Of a stretch of 45,491 nt of DNA, positions 8,742 to 16,428 are shown piece by piece. The notes under the pieces are model-generated. The model did not search any database. It was not told the origin of the DNA and worked only from the letters and a program-made list of their open reading frames with translations. Source of the stretch: Burkholderiaceae bacterium (GTDB taxonomy: Bacteria; Pseudomonadota; Gammaproteobacteria; Burkholderiales; Burkholderiaceae_C); assembly GCA_035280545.1 (NCBI GenBank), contig DATEFR010000066.1:1-45491 (forward strand). Direction: 5' to 3'. Positions within the stretch are counted from its first letter, which is position 1; each line of letters opens with the position of its first letter. Position numbers and translations under genes: made by a program.

Positions 8742-9669
8742 CCGCCTGCACCGGTGCGGCCTTGCCCCGGGCAGGCGCCTTGTTCGCGCGAGCGCGGCTC
8801 ATCGCGTAGCGCTGAACCGGCCGTTCGCGCGGCAGTGCCGCAACAGCCGAGTCTCCGGCGAGGAAGCGCGTGATGTTGAGCGCGTCCAGCGTGCGCATGG
8901 ACGTCGCCGGCGAATCCAGCAGGACGAGCAGCACCGTGCGGCCCGCCGCGCGCAGGCGCATGGCCAGGCAGCGCCCGGCTTCGTTCGTGAAGCCGGTCTT
9001 GGACAGCAGGATGTCCCATCCCTTCTTTCCGACCAGCTGGTTGGTGTTCTTCAGTCGGGCGACCTTGCCGCCGAGCGCCGCAAAGATGCTGGACTGGCTG
9101 GTGATGCGTTCGATGTCAGGGTAGGTGCTCGCCGCGGCCACGATCTTGACCATGTCGGCCGCGCTCGAGCGATTCTGGGGAGACAGGCCGGTCGGCTCTT
9201 CGACGTTGGTCTGGGTCAGCTTCAGCACCTCGATCTTCTGCTGAGCCGCCGCCAGGAAGGCGCTCATTCCACCCGGGTAGTTGCGCGCCAGGGCGGACGC
9301 CGCGTGGTTGTCGGAGACCAGCAGCGCTCGCTCCAGCAGGTCTGCGCGCGGCAGCGTCGCGCCGACGGGAACGCCGCTGTGCGTGTGCTTGAGCGTGTCG
9401 AGGTCGTCGACCGTGACCGTGACCCGCTCCGCGGGGTCCTGCTGCGCATCGAGCACGACCATCGCGGTCAACAGCTTGGTCAACGAGGCCATCGGTGCCT
9501 GGTCTTCCGAATTCTTTTGCAGGAGCACTTCACCCGTCGCTTCGTCGACCACCATGACCCGTGATGAATTCAACGGCACGTCGGCCCAGGCGGTGCTCGC
9601 GGCGAGCAAGGAGAGGCTTGCCAGCACGGCGTTCAGCAAGCGACGAAGGGTGATGAGGAGCGTGTTCAC
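8728..9669 (-). CDS. D-alanyl-D-alanine endopeptidase / serine-type PBP (peptidase S11, PBP7/PbpG-like), 313 aa
   Basis: The SxxK (SLTK), SxN (SDN) and KTG motifs appear in the correct order. There is a signal peptide VNTLLITLRRLLNAVLASLSLLAASTAWA. The start is set at the GTG 9669 inside the longer track ORF 8728..10581. The 3' end overlaps the convergent regulator gene by 14 nt. Confidence 0.8.
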   Translation of the reverse strand: MNTLLITLRRLLNAVLASLSLLAASTAWADVPLNSSRVMVVDEATGEVLLQKNSEDQAPMASLTKLLTAMVVLDAQQDPAERVTVTVDDLDTLKHTHSGVPVGATLPRADLLERALLVSDNHAASALARNYPGGMSAFLAAAQQKIEVLKLTQTNVEEPTGLSPQNRSSAADMVKIVAAASTYPDIERITSQSSIFAALGGKVARLKNTNQLVGKKGWDILLSKTGFTNEAGRCLAMRLRAAGRTVLLVLLDSPATSMRTLDALNITRFLAGDSAVAALPRERPVQRYAMSRARANKAPARGKAAPVQAARTA

Positions 9670-9761
9670 GACGTGTATATCGACAGGGCCAGCCGACGCT
9701 GAACGTTTTACGCGTCCGATTCGTTGTCGCGACCACCAGATTTCAGGGGCTCCCCCGTGAA

Positions 9762-11090
9762 TCAGTGCACGCTGACCGGATCCGGACTCGCGGGGCAGTC
9801 TTTGACCTTGAACTCGACGCGTCGGTCTAGCGCATCGCGCATGTCGTCGGTGCCGAGACCGGAGAGGTTCTGGCTCGACCCCATGCCCGAGGCGCTGGTG
9901 CGTTGGGCCAATGCCGGCGCCACCGCGTCGAGCCGCTGCTTGATGTATTGCGCCCGCATCAGCGACAGGCGTTCGTTCAGCGGCTCGGGCCCGGTGCGAC
10001 TGGTGTGCCCGGCGACTTCGAGACAGGCGGTGCGCGCGCTCGCGCGCTGCGACAGCTGCCCCAACCACATCGGGTAGGCACCGCTGATCAGCGGGTCTGG
10101 CGTGAACAGCGTCGAGCCCGGGCGGAACAGGAATTTCACCCCGAGCTGCCTTTGGGCCAGGCCGTGCTCGACGATGCGCGCGAAGGCCTGCTGCGCCTCC
10201 TCCTTGCGGTTGAGCCTGCTGGCCGCGAGATACAGGCCCTGGTACACGCGCAGCTGGTCGCCGCCGGGCTGGCGCAGCAAGCCCTTGTAGAGATCGAACG
10301 CTTCCTCGTAGTCGCCCTTGTTGTAGGCGACGACGGCGTCGTTGATCATCACCGCCGCCATGATGCGGTCGTAATAGGCCGGCTTGATCGGATCGCCGGC
10401 ACGCGTGCCCTGGCAGGTGGTGATGTAGCCCGTCACCGCCGGGTCCGGTGCCCAGGCCGGCGTGTCGAGGAAGAACGCGGTCGGCGTGAGGTCGACGCCT
10501 TCCATCGCGGCACGCGCAAAGCCCTTCGAGACGATCTTGCCGCTGCGCAGATCCAACAGCGCAAGACAGACGCGGTGCCAATCGCGTCCCGGTTTGTTGC
10601 TCCCGTCCATGTTGACGGCGGTCAGCGTGCCGATGAACAGCAGCGGGCCGCGCGCCAGCGTCGCGCCGTTGAACGGTTGCAGCTCGAAGTTCGGGTACTG
10701 CGACCGGACCAACTCGCCGATGCGCCGCTCCATGGTTTCGGTGGCCGCCGACTGCAGGCCCGAAACGCCGTCCACCAGCGGGTCGATCACCAGCGGCAGC
10801 CTGGCGATGCTGCGCGACGAGATCGCCGCTTCGAGATTCGCGCTCTTGAAGAGATTGTTGGCGGCGAACAGAACCGCCTCGTCGAACGGCATGATCGGCG
10901 GCGCAGGGGGAGGCGCCGCGGGCGCTGCAGGCGGCGGTGCGGCGACGATCGCGCTGGGCGCCGACGCCGCGGGAGCCATGACCTGCGCGGCGGCGCTCGT
11001 CCTGACCGGCGCGATCGGAACGCTACAGCCCGCCAGCCAGACGGTTGCGACCGTCACCATGGCCACCAGGGCCGGTGCGTGAAAAGACAT
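9762..11090 (-). CDS. Lipoprotein with an LpoB/FlgO-like N-domain, a TPR-like middle and a C-terminal OmpA_C-like peptidoglycan-binding domain, 442 aa
   Basis: The start is at MSFHAPALVAMVTVATVWLAGC (lipobox LAGC), with AGGAGGA 9 nt upstream. A Pro/Ala linker follows. The block LPLVIDPLVDGVSG...LLFIGTL...CLALLDLRSGKIV is typical of LpoB/FlgO-like domains. The C-terminus ...LNERLSLMRAQYIKQRL...RRVEF is OmpA-like. Confidence 0.7.
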   Translation of the reverse strand: MSFHAPALVAMVTVATVWLAGCSVPIAPVRTSAAAQVMAPAASAPSAIVAAPPPAAPAAPPPAPPIMPFDEAVLFAANNLFKSANLEAAISSRSIARLPLVIDPLVDGVSGLQSAATETMERRIGELVRSQYPNFELQPFNGATLARGPLLFIGTLTAVNMDGSNKPGRDWHRVCLALLDLRSGKIVSKGFARAAMEGVDLTPTAFFLDTPAWAPDPAVTGYITTCQGTRAGDPIKPAYYDRIMAAVMINDAVVAYNKGDYEEAFDLYKGLLRQPGGDQLRVYQGLYLAASRLNRKEEAQQAFARIVEHGLAQRQLGVKFLFRPGSTLFTPDPLISGAYPMWLGQLSQRASARTACLEVAGHTSRTGPEPLNERLSLMRAQYIKQRLDAVAPALAQRTSASGMGSSQNLSGLGTDDMRDALDRRVEFKVKDCPASPDPVSVH

Positions 11091-11181
11091 GACGTTGAGT
11101 CCTCCTGCACCTGGGTTGCAGGCCGCGCGCGAAAGGTTCATCCGCGCCGCCGAGCGGGGCGCCCTTCGCCAACGCCACGCG

Positions 11182-12810
11182 TCAGACTTTTGCGAGCTGG
11201 GTCAACGCGCGCGTGTCGCCGGCACCGCCGAGATGGACCTGCGTTCCATAGCTCCGATAGCGCTTGTGCAAGGCCATCGCGCGCTCGCGCAAGGCCTCGA
11301 CATCGTCGATGCTCGGCCCATGCCGGTCCATCGTGTGGATGGCCAGATCCATCAGCTTGGCATTGAGCGTGCTCTCGGCGCGTGTCAGCAGCAGCCTGGC
11401 CGCCTCGCCCGGCAGACCCTTCAGCGTATTCGAGACGGCGTCTTCGGCTTCTGCGCAGATGGCCGCATAGGCATCGCGGACGATTTTCGCGAGCGTGGCG
11501 TCGTTCTGCAGGGAACGGGTGAGCAGTTCGCAGGTGGTACGTGACACGGCGAAGCGTTGGGCCAGCACGAGCACGTCGTTGTTCAGGCTTTCCAGCCGCA
11601 ACTCGTCCCGTGTCAGGCGCGTGAGCAAGGCCAGCAGGTTGCACGCGGCCTCGAATTCGAAGCTCGGCTCGCGAGATTCGCTGACCAATTCGCGGGCCAG
11701 TGCCACGGCCTGGGGGACGTTGCGCTCGAGCAGGAGCTTCAGCACGCCGATGACGCCCTCGAAGCGCCTCAGCCGGTCGCTGTCGAGTCGGCCGGAACGC
11801 GCCGCTGTCATGCTGCGCCAGGATTGAACAAGACCGCGCAGGTCGCCCTTGTCGAACTGGACCAGGGCCAGCAGAACCAGGCCCTGAAGGTCGAAGACCT
11901 TGGAGTGCAGGCCGTAGCGGGCGGCCCGCGCGAGCGCCGCGCCGGCCTCCCCTGGATCGCCATAGAAGAACGCCAGCAACCCATGCTTGACGAGGCGCGC
12001 AACGCTGCCCGGCGTGAGGGACAACGCTTCGCGCGAGGCGGCGAGTGCCTCGTCGGGCAAGTCTTGATCGAGCAGCACGCGCGCCATGACGTCGTAGGCG
12101 TCCGAGTAGCCCGGCTGCTCGCTCAACAGGCTTTCGAGTGAACGTCGAGCCTGGCTCGCACCGCCGCGATCGTATTGCGAGCGGGCGACGCCCAGTCGCG
12201 CCCATGGCACGGCACCGATCCCGAGGATCGCATCGAACATGCGCTGCGCCGCGTGCGGCTTGCCCAGGCGCAGCCACAGCTCGGCCCCGATGCGTGCGGC
12301 CTGCAACCAGGCTGGCCCGCGGGTTTCGAACCGCGTTTGGCACATCTCGGCCGCCTCGACATACCCTTCCTTCTCGATCAACGCGATAACGCCCTTCAGC
12401 GCACGCTTGCGCTGGCGCGCATCGAACAGCCGTTGCCTGAGCGCCTCGGCTGTGTGGGGCTTGATCAGGTAGGCATCGAGGGCGGCCTCCGCAGCCTCCG
12501 CCACCTTGGCATGCCCCGCCTCCGCAGAGATCATCACGACGACGGTCGCGAGTGGCAGCAGCTGCGCGAGGCGCAGGTCGTCCATCAGGTCCTGGCCACT
12601 GACCGGTTCGCCTTCGAAGTGGTAGTCGCACACGACGATGTCGTAGCGCTGTTGCTCGAGCAGGCGCCGCGCGTCTTGGGCCCGGCGTGCTTGCATGACT
12701 TCGGCAACGCCGAACTCACGCAGCAGGTTCACGAGGACGCTGCGCGAAGCATTGTTGCAATCGACCACCAGTGCGGTGGACCCTCCGATCTCGGAGTCAA
12801 GCGGAATCAT
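11182..12810 (-). CDS. Orphan response regulator: CheY-like receiver plus roughly 420-aa TPR/helical-repeat domain, no DNA-binding domain, 542 aa
   Basis: The start is at MIPLDSEIGGSTALVVDCNN (ATG 12810, GGGAG 7 nt upstream). Receiver landmarks are present: D in LVVDC, the phospho-acceptor D in DIVVCDYHF, S in VVMISAE and K in YLIKP. The rest is helical-repeat-like. The long 5' part of track ORF 11182..14901 overlaps the NHL gene in another frame and is rejected. Confidence 0.8.
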   Translation of the reverse strand: MIPLDSEIGGSTALVVDCNNASRSVLVNLLREFGVAEVMQARRAQDARRLLEQQRYDIVVCDYHFEGEPVSGQDLMDDLRLAQLLPLATVVVMISAEAGHAKVAEAAEAALDAYLIKPHTAEALRQRLFDARQRKRALKGVIALIEKEGYVEAAEMCQTRFETRGPAWLQAARIGAELWLRLGKPHAAQRMFDAILGIGAVPWARLGVARSQYDRGGASQARRSLESLLSEQPGYSDAYDVMARVLLDQDLPDEALAASREALSLTPGSVARLVKHGLLAFFYGDPGEAGAALARAARYGLHSKVFDLQGLVLLALVQFDKGDLRGLVQSWRSMTAARSGRLDSDRLRRFEGVIGVLKLLLERNVPQAVALARELVSESREPSFEFEAACNLLALLTRLTRDELRLESLNNDVLVLAQRFAVSRTTCELLTRSLQNDATLAKIVRDAYAAICAEAEDAVSNTLKGLPGEAARLLLTRAESTLNAKLMDLAIHTMDRHGPSIDDVEALRERAMALHKRYRSYGTQVHLGGAGDTRALTQLAKV

Positions 12811-12857
12811 GACGGGCTCCCTTTTCGCGCGAAGCTGCGCAACGTCGATCGGCGTCG

Positions 12858-15203
12858 TTACGGCGTGACCTTGCGGATGATGTTGTTGTTGTAGTCCGCC
12901 ACGACCAGATTGCCGTTTGCGTCCAGCGCCACGCCGGTCGGCAAATAGAACCGCGCCACGGACCCTGCACCGTCCGTATGCCCTGAGCTGCTCGTGCCTG
13001 CGAGTGTCGTCACGACGCCGGCCTGCGTGACCTTGCGAAGCTTGTTGCCCAGCGTATCGGCGACGTAGATGAGGCCGCTCGCATCGACGGTGAGTCCATA
13101 GGGCGACGAGAACGACGCGGCCGCGCCGGTGCCGTCGGCGCTGCCGGACGACCCCGAGCCCGCGATGGTCGTCACGACGCCGGCCTGGGTGATCTTGCGG
13201 ATCTTGTGATTGCCGGTATCGGCGACATACACGTCGTCGTTGGCGCCGACGGCCATGCCGGCCGGCGAGTAGAACGTGGCAGACGCGGCGGCACCGTCCG
13301 CAGCCCCGGGACTGCCGGTGCCCGCAAAGGTCGTGACGACGCCGGCCGGCGTGATCTTGCGGATCTGGTTGTTGCTCTGGTCGCCGACGTAGACATTGCC
13401 CTGGCTGTCCACGGCGAGGCCATAGATCGAGCCGAAGCTGGCAGCCGATCCGGTGCCGTTGGCCGAACCATAACTGCCGGAGCCGGCAAGCGTCGTCACC
13501 ACGCCCGCGGGGCTGATCTTGCGTATCGAGTAGTTGAGCCGGTCGACGACGTACAGATTGTCGTTCGCATCGATCGCGATGCCCGACGGTCCGTAGAAGG
13601 CAGCCGCCGTGCCCGTGCCATCGGTGAAGCCGTGGGTCGTGGAGCCTGCAAACGTGGTGACAACACCCGCGGGCGTCACGCGACGGATCTCGTTGTTGTT
13701 GATGTCGCCGACGAAGTAGTCGCCTGCGGAATTCACGGCGATGCCGAAGGGGCGATAGAACGACGCAGCTGCGCCGGTGCCGTCGGTCGAGCCGTTGACG
13801 CCCGCCGTGCCGGCAACCGTGGACACCTGGGCAATCGAGATGCACGTCACGTCGACGTTGCTCACGGCGGAGCCCGGCATCGTGCCGACGCCGTTCGTCA
13901 CCGTGCACTGCTTGTAGGGCGGCTGGGACTGCGCCAGCACGGCATACGCCGTGCCGGGCGTGACCGGCGTCGGCATCGAGAAGCTTGTCGCGTTGGCGGC
14001 GACGCTCAGCGTATCGCTCCCGTTGGACAGCACCAGGCCGCTGACAGTGAGGCCGCTGATCGTGCCGCCGAGCGTATACGCGGTGGGCGAACACGTGACG
14101 GCGACATTCGACACGTTGCTCGCGCCCATCGTGCCCGTGCCGTTGCCGATGCTGCAGGTGAGGCCGGGTGGCTGGGTCTGCACGGCAACGCTGTAGCTGC
14201 TGCCTTCGGCCACCGGCGTGGGCAGGTTGAACGATGTGGCGTTGCTCGAGACGGCGAGAACGTCGGCGCCGTTGGCGATGACGAGCCCGCTGCTGGTGAG
14301 TCCGCTGAGCGTGCCCGAGACCATGTGGCTGTTGACGGCACAGGTGACGGCGACATTCGAGACGTCGGCCGCGCCCATCGTTCCGCTGCCGTTGACGACG
14401 CTGCAGGTCAACCCTGCAGGCTGCGTCTGCACCGTGACCGCGTAGGGGACTCCGTAGTGGACGGTGGGCATCAAGAAGGTCGTCGCGCCCGACGCGACGA
14501 CCAGCGTGTCGCTGCCATTGGCAAGGACCAGCCCGGCGGCGCCGAGGCCGACGATGCTTCCGCCCAGTCCGTGCGCTTGGGCCGAGCACGTGATGGTGAC
14601 ATCGCTGACGTCGGACTCGGCCATGGTGCCGGTCCCGCCGCTCACGGCGCAGTTCTCGCCGGTCGGCTGGTTCTGGATGGTGACGGCGTAGCCGCTGCCC
14701 TCGGCCACGTTCGCGGGCAGCGCGAAAGTCGTGGCGCCCGAATCGACGGAGACCGTGTCGCTGCCGTTGGCGACCACGAGGCCTGCAGAAAGCAGGCCGT
14801 TGATGCTGCCGCCGAGTTGATGCGCAAGGGTCGAACACGTGACGACCGCGTTGGCGATGTCCGCCTGTCCCATCGTGCCGCTGCCGTTGGCCACGCTGCA
14901 CGTCTGCCCCGCGGGCTGGGCTTGAACCGTCAGGGCATAGGTCGCCCCGTTGGCCAGCGAACGCGACATCGTGAAGCTGCCGCTGCCTGCCGGCACGCCG
15001 AGCGTATCGGTGCCGTTGCTCAGGACGAGGCCGGCCGCGTGCAGTCCGCTGACGCTGCCGCCCAGCGAATGCACGGATTGCGGGCTTTCCGCTGTCGACG
15101 CCACGGCGGCGGGCTGCGGCGTCTCACTGCCCCCGCCGCATCCGATGAGAAGAAGCGGCGTGGACGAGCACAGCAAGGCCAGAAGGGGCAGCGAGGGTTT
15201 CAT
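12858..15203 (-). CDS. Lipoprotein with five tandem Ig-like repeats followed by a six-bladed NHL-repeat beta-propeller, 781 aa
   Basis: The signal and lipobox read MKPSLPLLALLCSSTPLLLIGC. There are five copies of about 82 aa, LGGS.SGL...GLVL.NG.DTL.V...AT.F..P......Y.V.VQ.QP.G..C.V.NG.GTM....V.NV.VTC. Six blades of about 54 aa follow (...DG.G.AA.F..P.G.AVD..G..YVAD..N..IRK.T..GVVTT.AG). Confidence 0.85.
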   Translation of the reverse strand: MKPSLPLLALLCSSTPLLLIGCGGGSETPQPAAVASTAESPQSVHSLGGSVSGLHAAGLVLSNGTDTLGVPAGSGSFTMSRSLANGATYALTVQAQPAGQTCSVANGSGTMGQADIANAVVTCSTLAHQLGGSINGLLSAGLVVANGSDTVSVDSGATTFALPANVAEGSGYAVTIQNQPTGENCAVSGGTGTMAESDVSDVTITCSAQAHGLGGSIVGLGAAGLVLANGSDTLVVASGATTFLMPTVHYGVPYAVTVQTQPAGLTCSVVNGSGTMGAADVSNVAVTCAVNSHMVSGTLSGLTSSGLVIANGADVLAVSSNATSFNLPTPVAEGSSYSVAVQTQPPGLTCSIGNGTGTMGASNVSNVAVTCSPTAYTLGGTISGLTVSGLVLSNGSDTLSVAANATSFSMPTPVTPGTAYAVLAQSQPPYKQCTVTNGVGTMPGSAVSNVDVTCISIAQVSTVAGTAGVNGSTDGTGAAASFYRPFGIAVNSAGDYFVGDINNNEIRRVTPAGVVTTFAGSTTHGFTDGTGTAAAFYGPSGIAIDANDNLYVVDRLNYSIRKISPAGVVTTLAGSGSYGSANGTGSAASFGSIYGLAVDSQGNVYVGDQSNNQIRKITPAGVVTTFAGTGSPGAADGAAASATFYSPAGMAVGANDDVYVADTGNHKIRKITQAGVVTTIAGSGSSGSADGTGAAASFSSPYGLTVDASGLIYVADTLGNKLRKVTQAGVVTTLAGTSSSGHTDGAGSVARFYLPTGVALDANGNLVVADYNNNIIRKVTP
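12861..13835 (-). repeat. Six NHL-type blade repeats (about 162 nt each) inside the same gene
   Basis: These are residues 457-781. The motif IRK(I/V)TxAGVVTTxAG recurs five times and the last blade ends ...IIRKVTP. Confidence 0.8.
13836..15071 (-). repeat. Five in-frame tandem coding repeats (about 246 nt each) inside the NHL lipoprotein gene
   Basis: These are residues 45-456 of the protein. Each unit keeps two Cys residues (…QTCSV… and …VTC…). The periodicity is also visible as a ladder of equally spaced shadow ORFs on the + strand (13951, 14218, 14464). Confidence 0.8.
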
Positions 15204-15293
15204 GCGGCATGACCGGTGCGGATGTCGACATGCTGTCTATCGGCTCGCGCTTCACGGACATTTGTCGGTGAATTCCGTACAAGCCGCACCCCG

Positions 15294-15752
15294 CTACGTG
15301 GCGGCGAGGCCGATGCTGCAGACCGCGCGTGCGTCCGACGCGATGTCCGGTGTCCCCGTGCGAGCGTGGAAATCCTGGTGCGCCATGCCCCAGGTGCGGA
15401 TCGCTTCGGCCACCGGCAGCAGCGACAGGCCGTGCCGGGTGAGCGTGTACATCACCGGCGCGGGCACCGGCCCGCGCGGCTTGCGGTCGACCAGTCCGTC
15501 GGCCTGCATCTCGTGCAGTTGCTGCGCCAGCACCTTGGCGCTCATTTCCGGGAGGCTGCGGCGCAGCGCGGCGAAGTGCATCGGCCCATCGGAGAGCCGG
15601 TACACGATGAACAACTTCCAGCGCCCGCCCATCGCGGCGAGCGCCGCCGTGAGAGCGCAACCCGAAACCTGGTTGGCGCGGGCGACGCGCGGACGGTTAC
15701 CTGCAGGTGCCTTCTTGGTCGTCGCGATCGTGTTGGCTACAGTCGTTTCCAT
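15294..15752 (-). CDS. HxlR-family (MarR-like winged-helix) transcriptional regulator, 152 aa
   Basis: The core CALTAALAAMGGRWKLFIVYRLSDGPMHFAALRRSLPEMSAKVLAQQLHEMQADGLVDR...YTLT is typical of HxlR. It is divergent from the lipoprotein gene at 15751. Confidence 0.85.
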   Translation of the reverse strand: METTVANTIATTKKAPAGNRPRVARANQVSGCALTAALAAMGGRWKLFIVYRLSDGPMHFAALRRSLPEMSAKVLAQQLHEMQADGLVDRKPRGPVPAPVMYTLTRHGLSLLPVAEAIRTWGMAHQDFHARTGTPDIASDARAVCSIGLAAT

Positions 15753-16359
15753 GCCTTCGACCCTTGCTCTCTACGCTGTGCGCATGGCCATCGTGGCCAT
15801 CGCCGTCGCGGCTGTCGCAGCTTGCGCAGATGCCCCGCCGCAACCGAGCCCGAAGCATGACACGGCGCCCCCGAGTCATCAGACGCCTGCCGGCACGCCG
15901 CACGATTTCGATTTCGAGCATGGCCGCTGGCGCACATCGCTGCGAAGGCTCCTGCAACCGCTGAGCGGCTCGCAGCAGTGGGCCGACTACACCGGCACCA
16001 GCAACGTCCATCCGTTGCTGGGTGGGCGCGCGAATCTCGTCGAGCTCGAGGTCGCCGGCCCGCTGGGCCGCATCGAAGGGGTTTCGTTGCGACTGTTCGA
16101 CACGCAGCGCCAGCGCTGGACCCTGAACTATTCCAGCGTGACGGGCGGGACGCTGGAGCTGCCCATGAGCGGTGGCTTCAACGGCGGCCGGCAGGGTGTC
16201 TTCTACAGCGCCGAGACGTTCAAGGGCAAGCCCATCCTCGTGCGATTCGTCATCGACGTTCTGGATGCGGATCATTGCCGCTTCGAGCAGGCGTTCTCCG
16301 CCGATGGGGGCGCCACATGGGAAGTCAACTGGATCGCCTTCGATACGCGGGTGCCTTGA
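15751..16359 (+). CDS. Small lipoprotein of unknown function (DUF1579-like by composition), 202 aa
   Basis: The start is [25 protein letters not shown] (lipobox VAAC), inside the longer track ORF 14950..16359. An alternative ATG lies at 15784. The body is beta-rich (…[22 protein letters not shown]…[19 protein letters not shown]…). Confidence 0.55.
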   Translation: MPSTLALYAVRMAIVAIAVAAVAACADAPPQPSPKHDTAPPSHQTPAGTPHDFDFEHGRWRTSLRRLLQPLSGSQQWADYTGTSNVHPLLGGRANLVELEVAGPLGRIEGVSLRLFDTQRQRWTLNYSSVTGGTLELPMSGGFNGGRQGVFYSAETFKGKPILVRFVIDVLDADHCRFEQAFSADGGATWEVNWIAFDTRVP

Positions 16360-16428
16360 TCGGGCCAAGCGCCGCGGACGAGTCGACGCATACACTTCCC
16401 GCCGACGACATCGACCCAGGAGACACGA

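Noticed and set aside
9670-10581. The 5' extension of the PBP7-like ORF (617-aa version) and similar extensions of ORFs 40726..42942, 43032..43868, 18397..19662, 21894..23567 and 26303..29722
   Set aside because: In each case the upstream part overlaps a better-supported neighbouring gene or is Arg-rich junk. An internal start with a signal peptide and/or RBS, often a 4-nt stop/start overlap, gives a protein of normal family length.
12861-15071. Regular periodicity that could be mistaken for a CRISPR or satellite array
   Set aside because: The periodic units (about 246 nt and about 162 nt) are in-frame protein repeats of one long ORF with diverged DNA sequence. There are no short identical repeats separated by unique spacers anywhere in the window.
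12811-15212. The 5' two-thirds of ORF 11182..14901 (-) and ORF 13206..15212 (+)
   Set aside because: They overlap the NHL lipoprotein gene in other frames. The REC-TPR protein has a proper RBS and start at 12810. The overlapping translations are Arg/Gly/His-rich repeats that merely mirror the periodicity of the real gene.
16360-16428. Possible FMN riboswitch upstream of ribB
   Set aside because: Only 69 nt are available, and none of the conserved FMN-element helices or sequence blocks is visible. The region contains just an AGGAG RBS.
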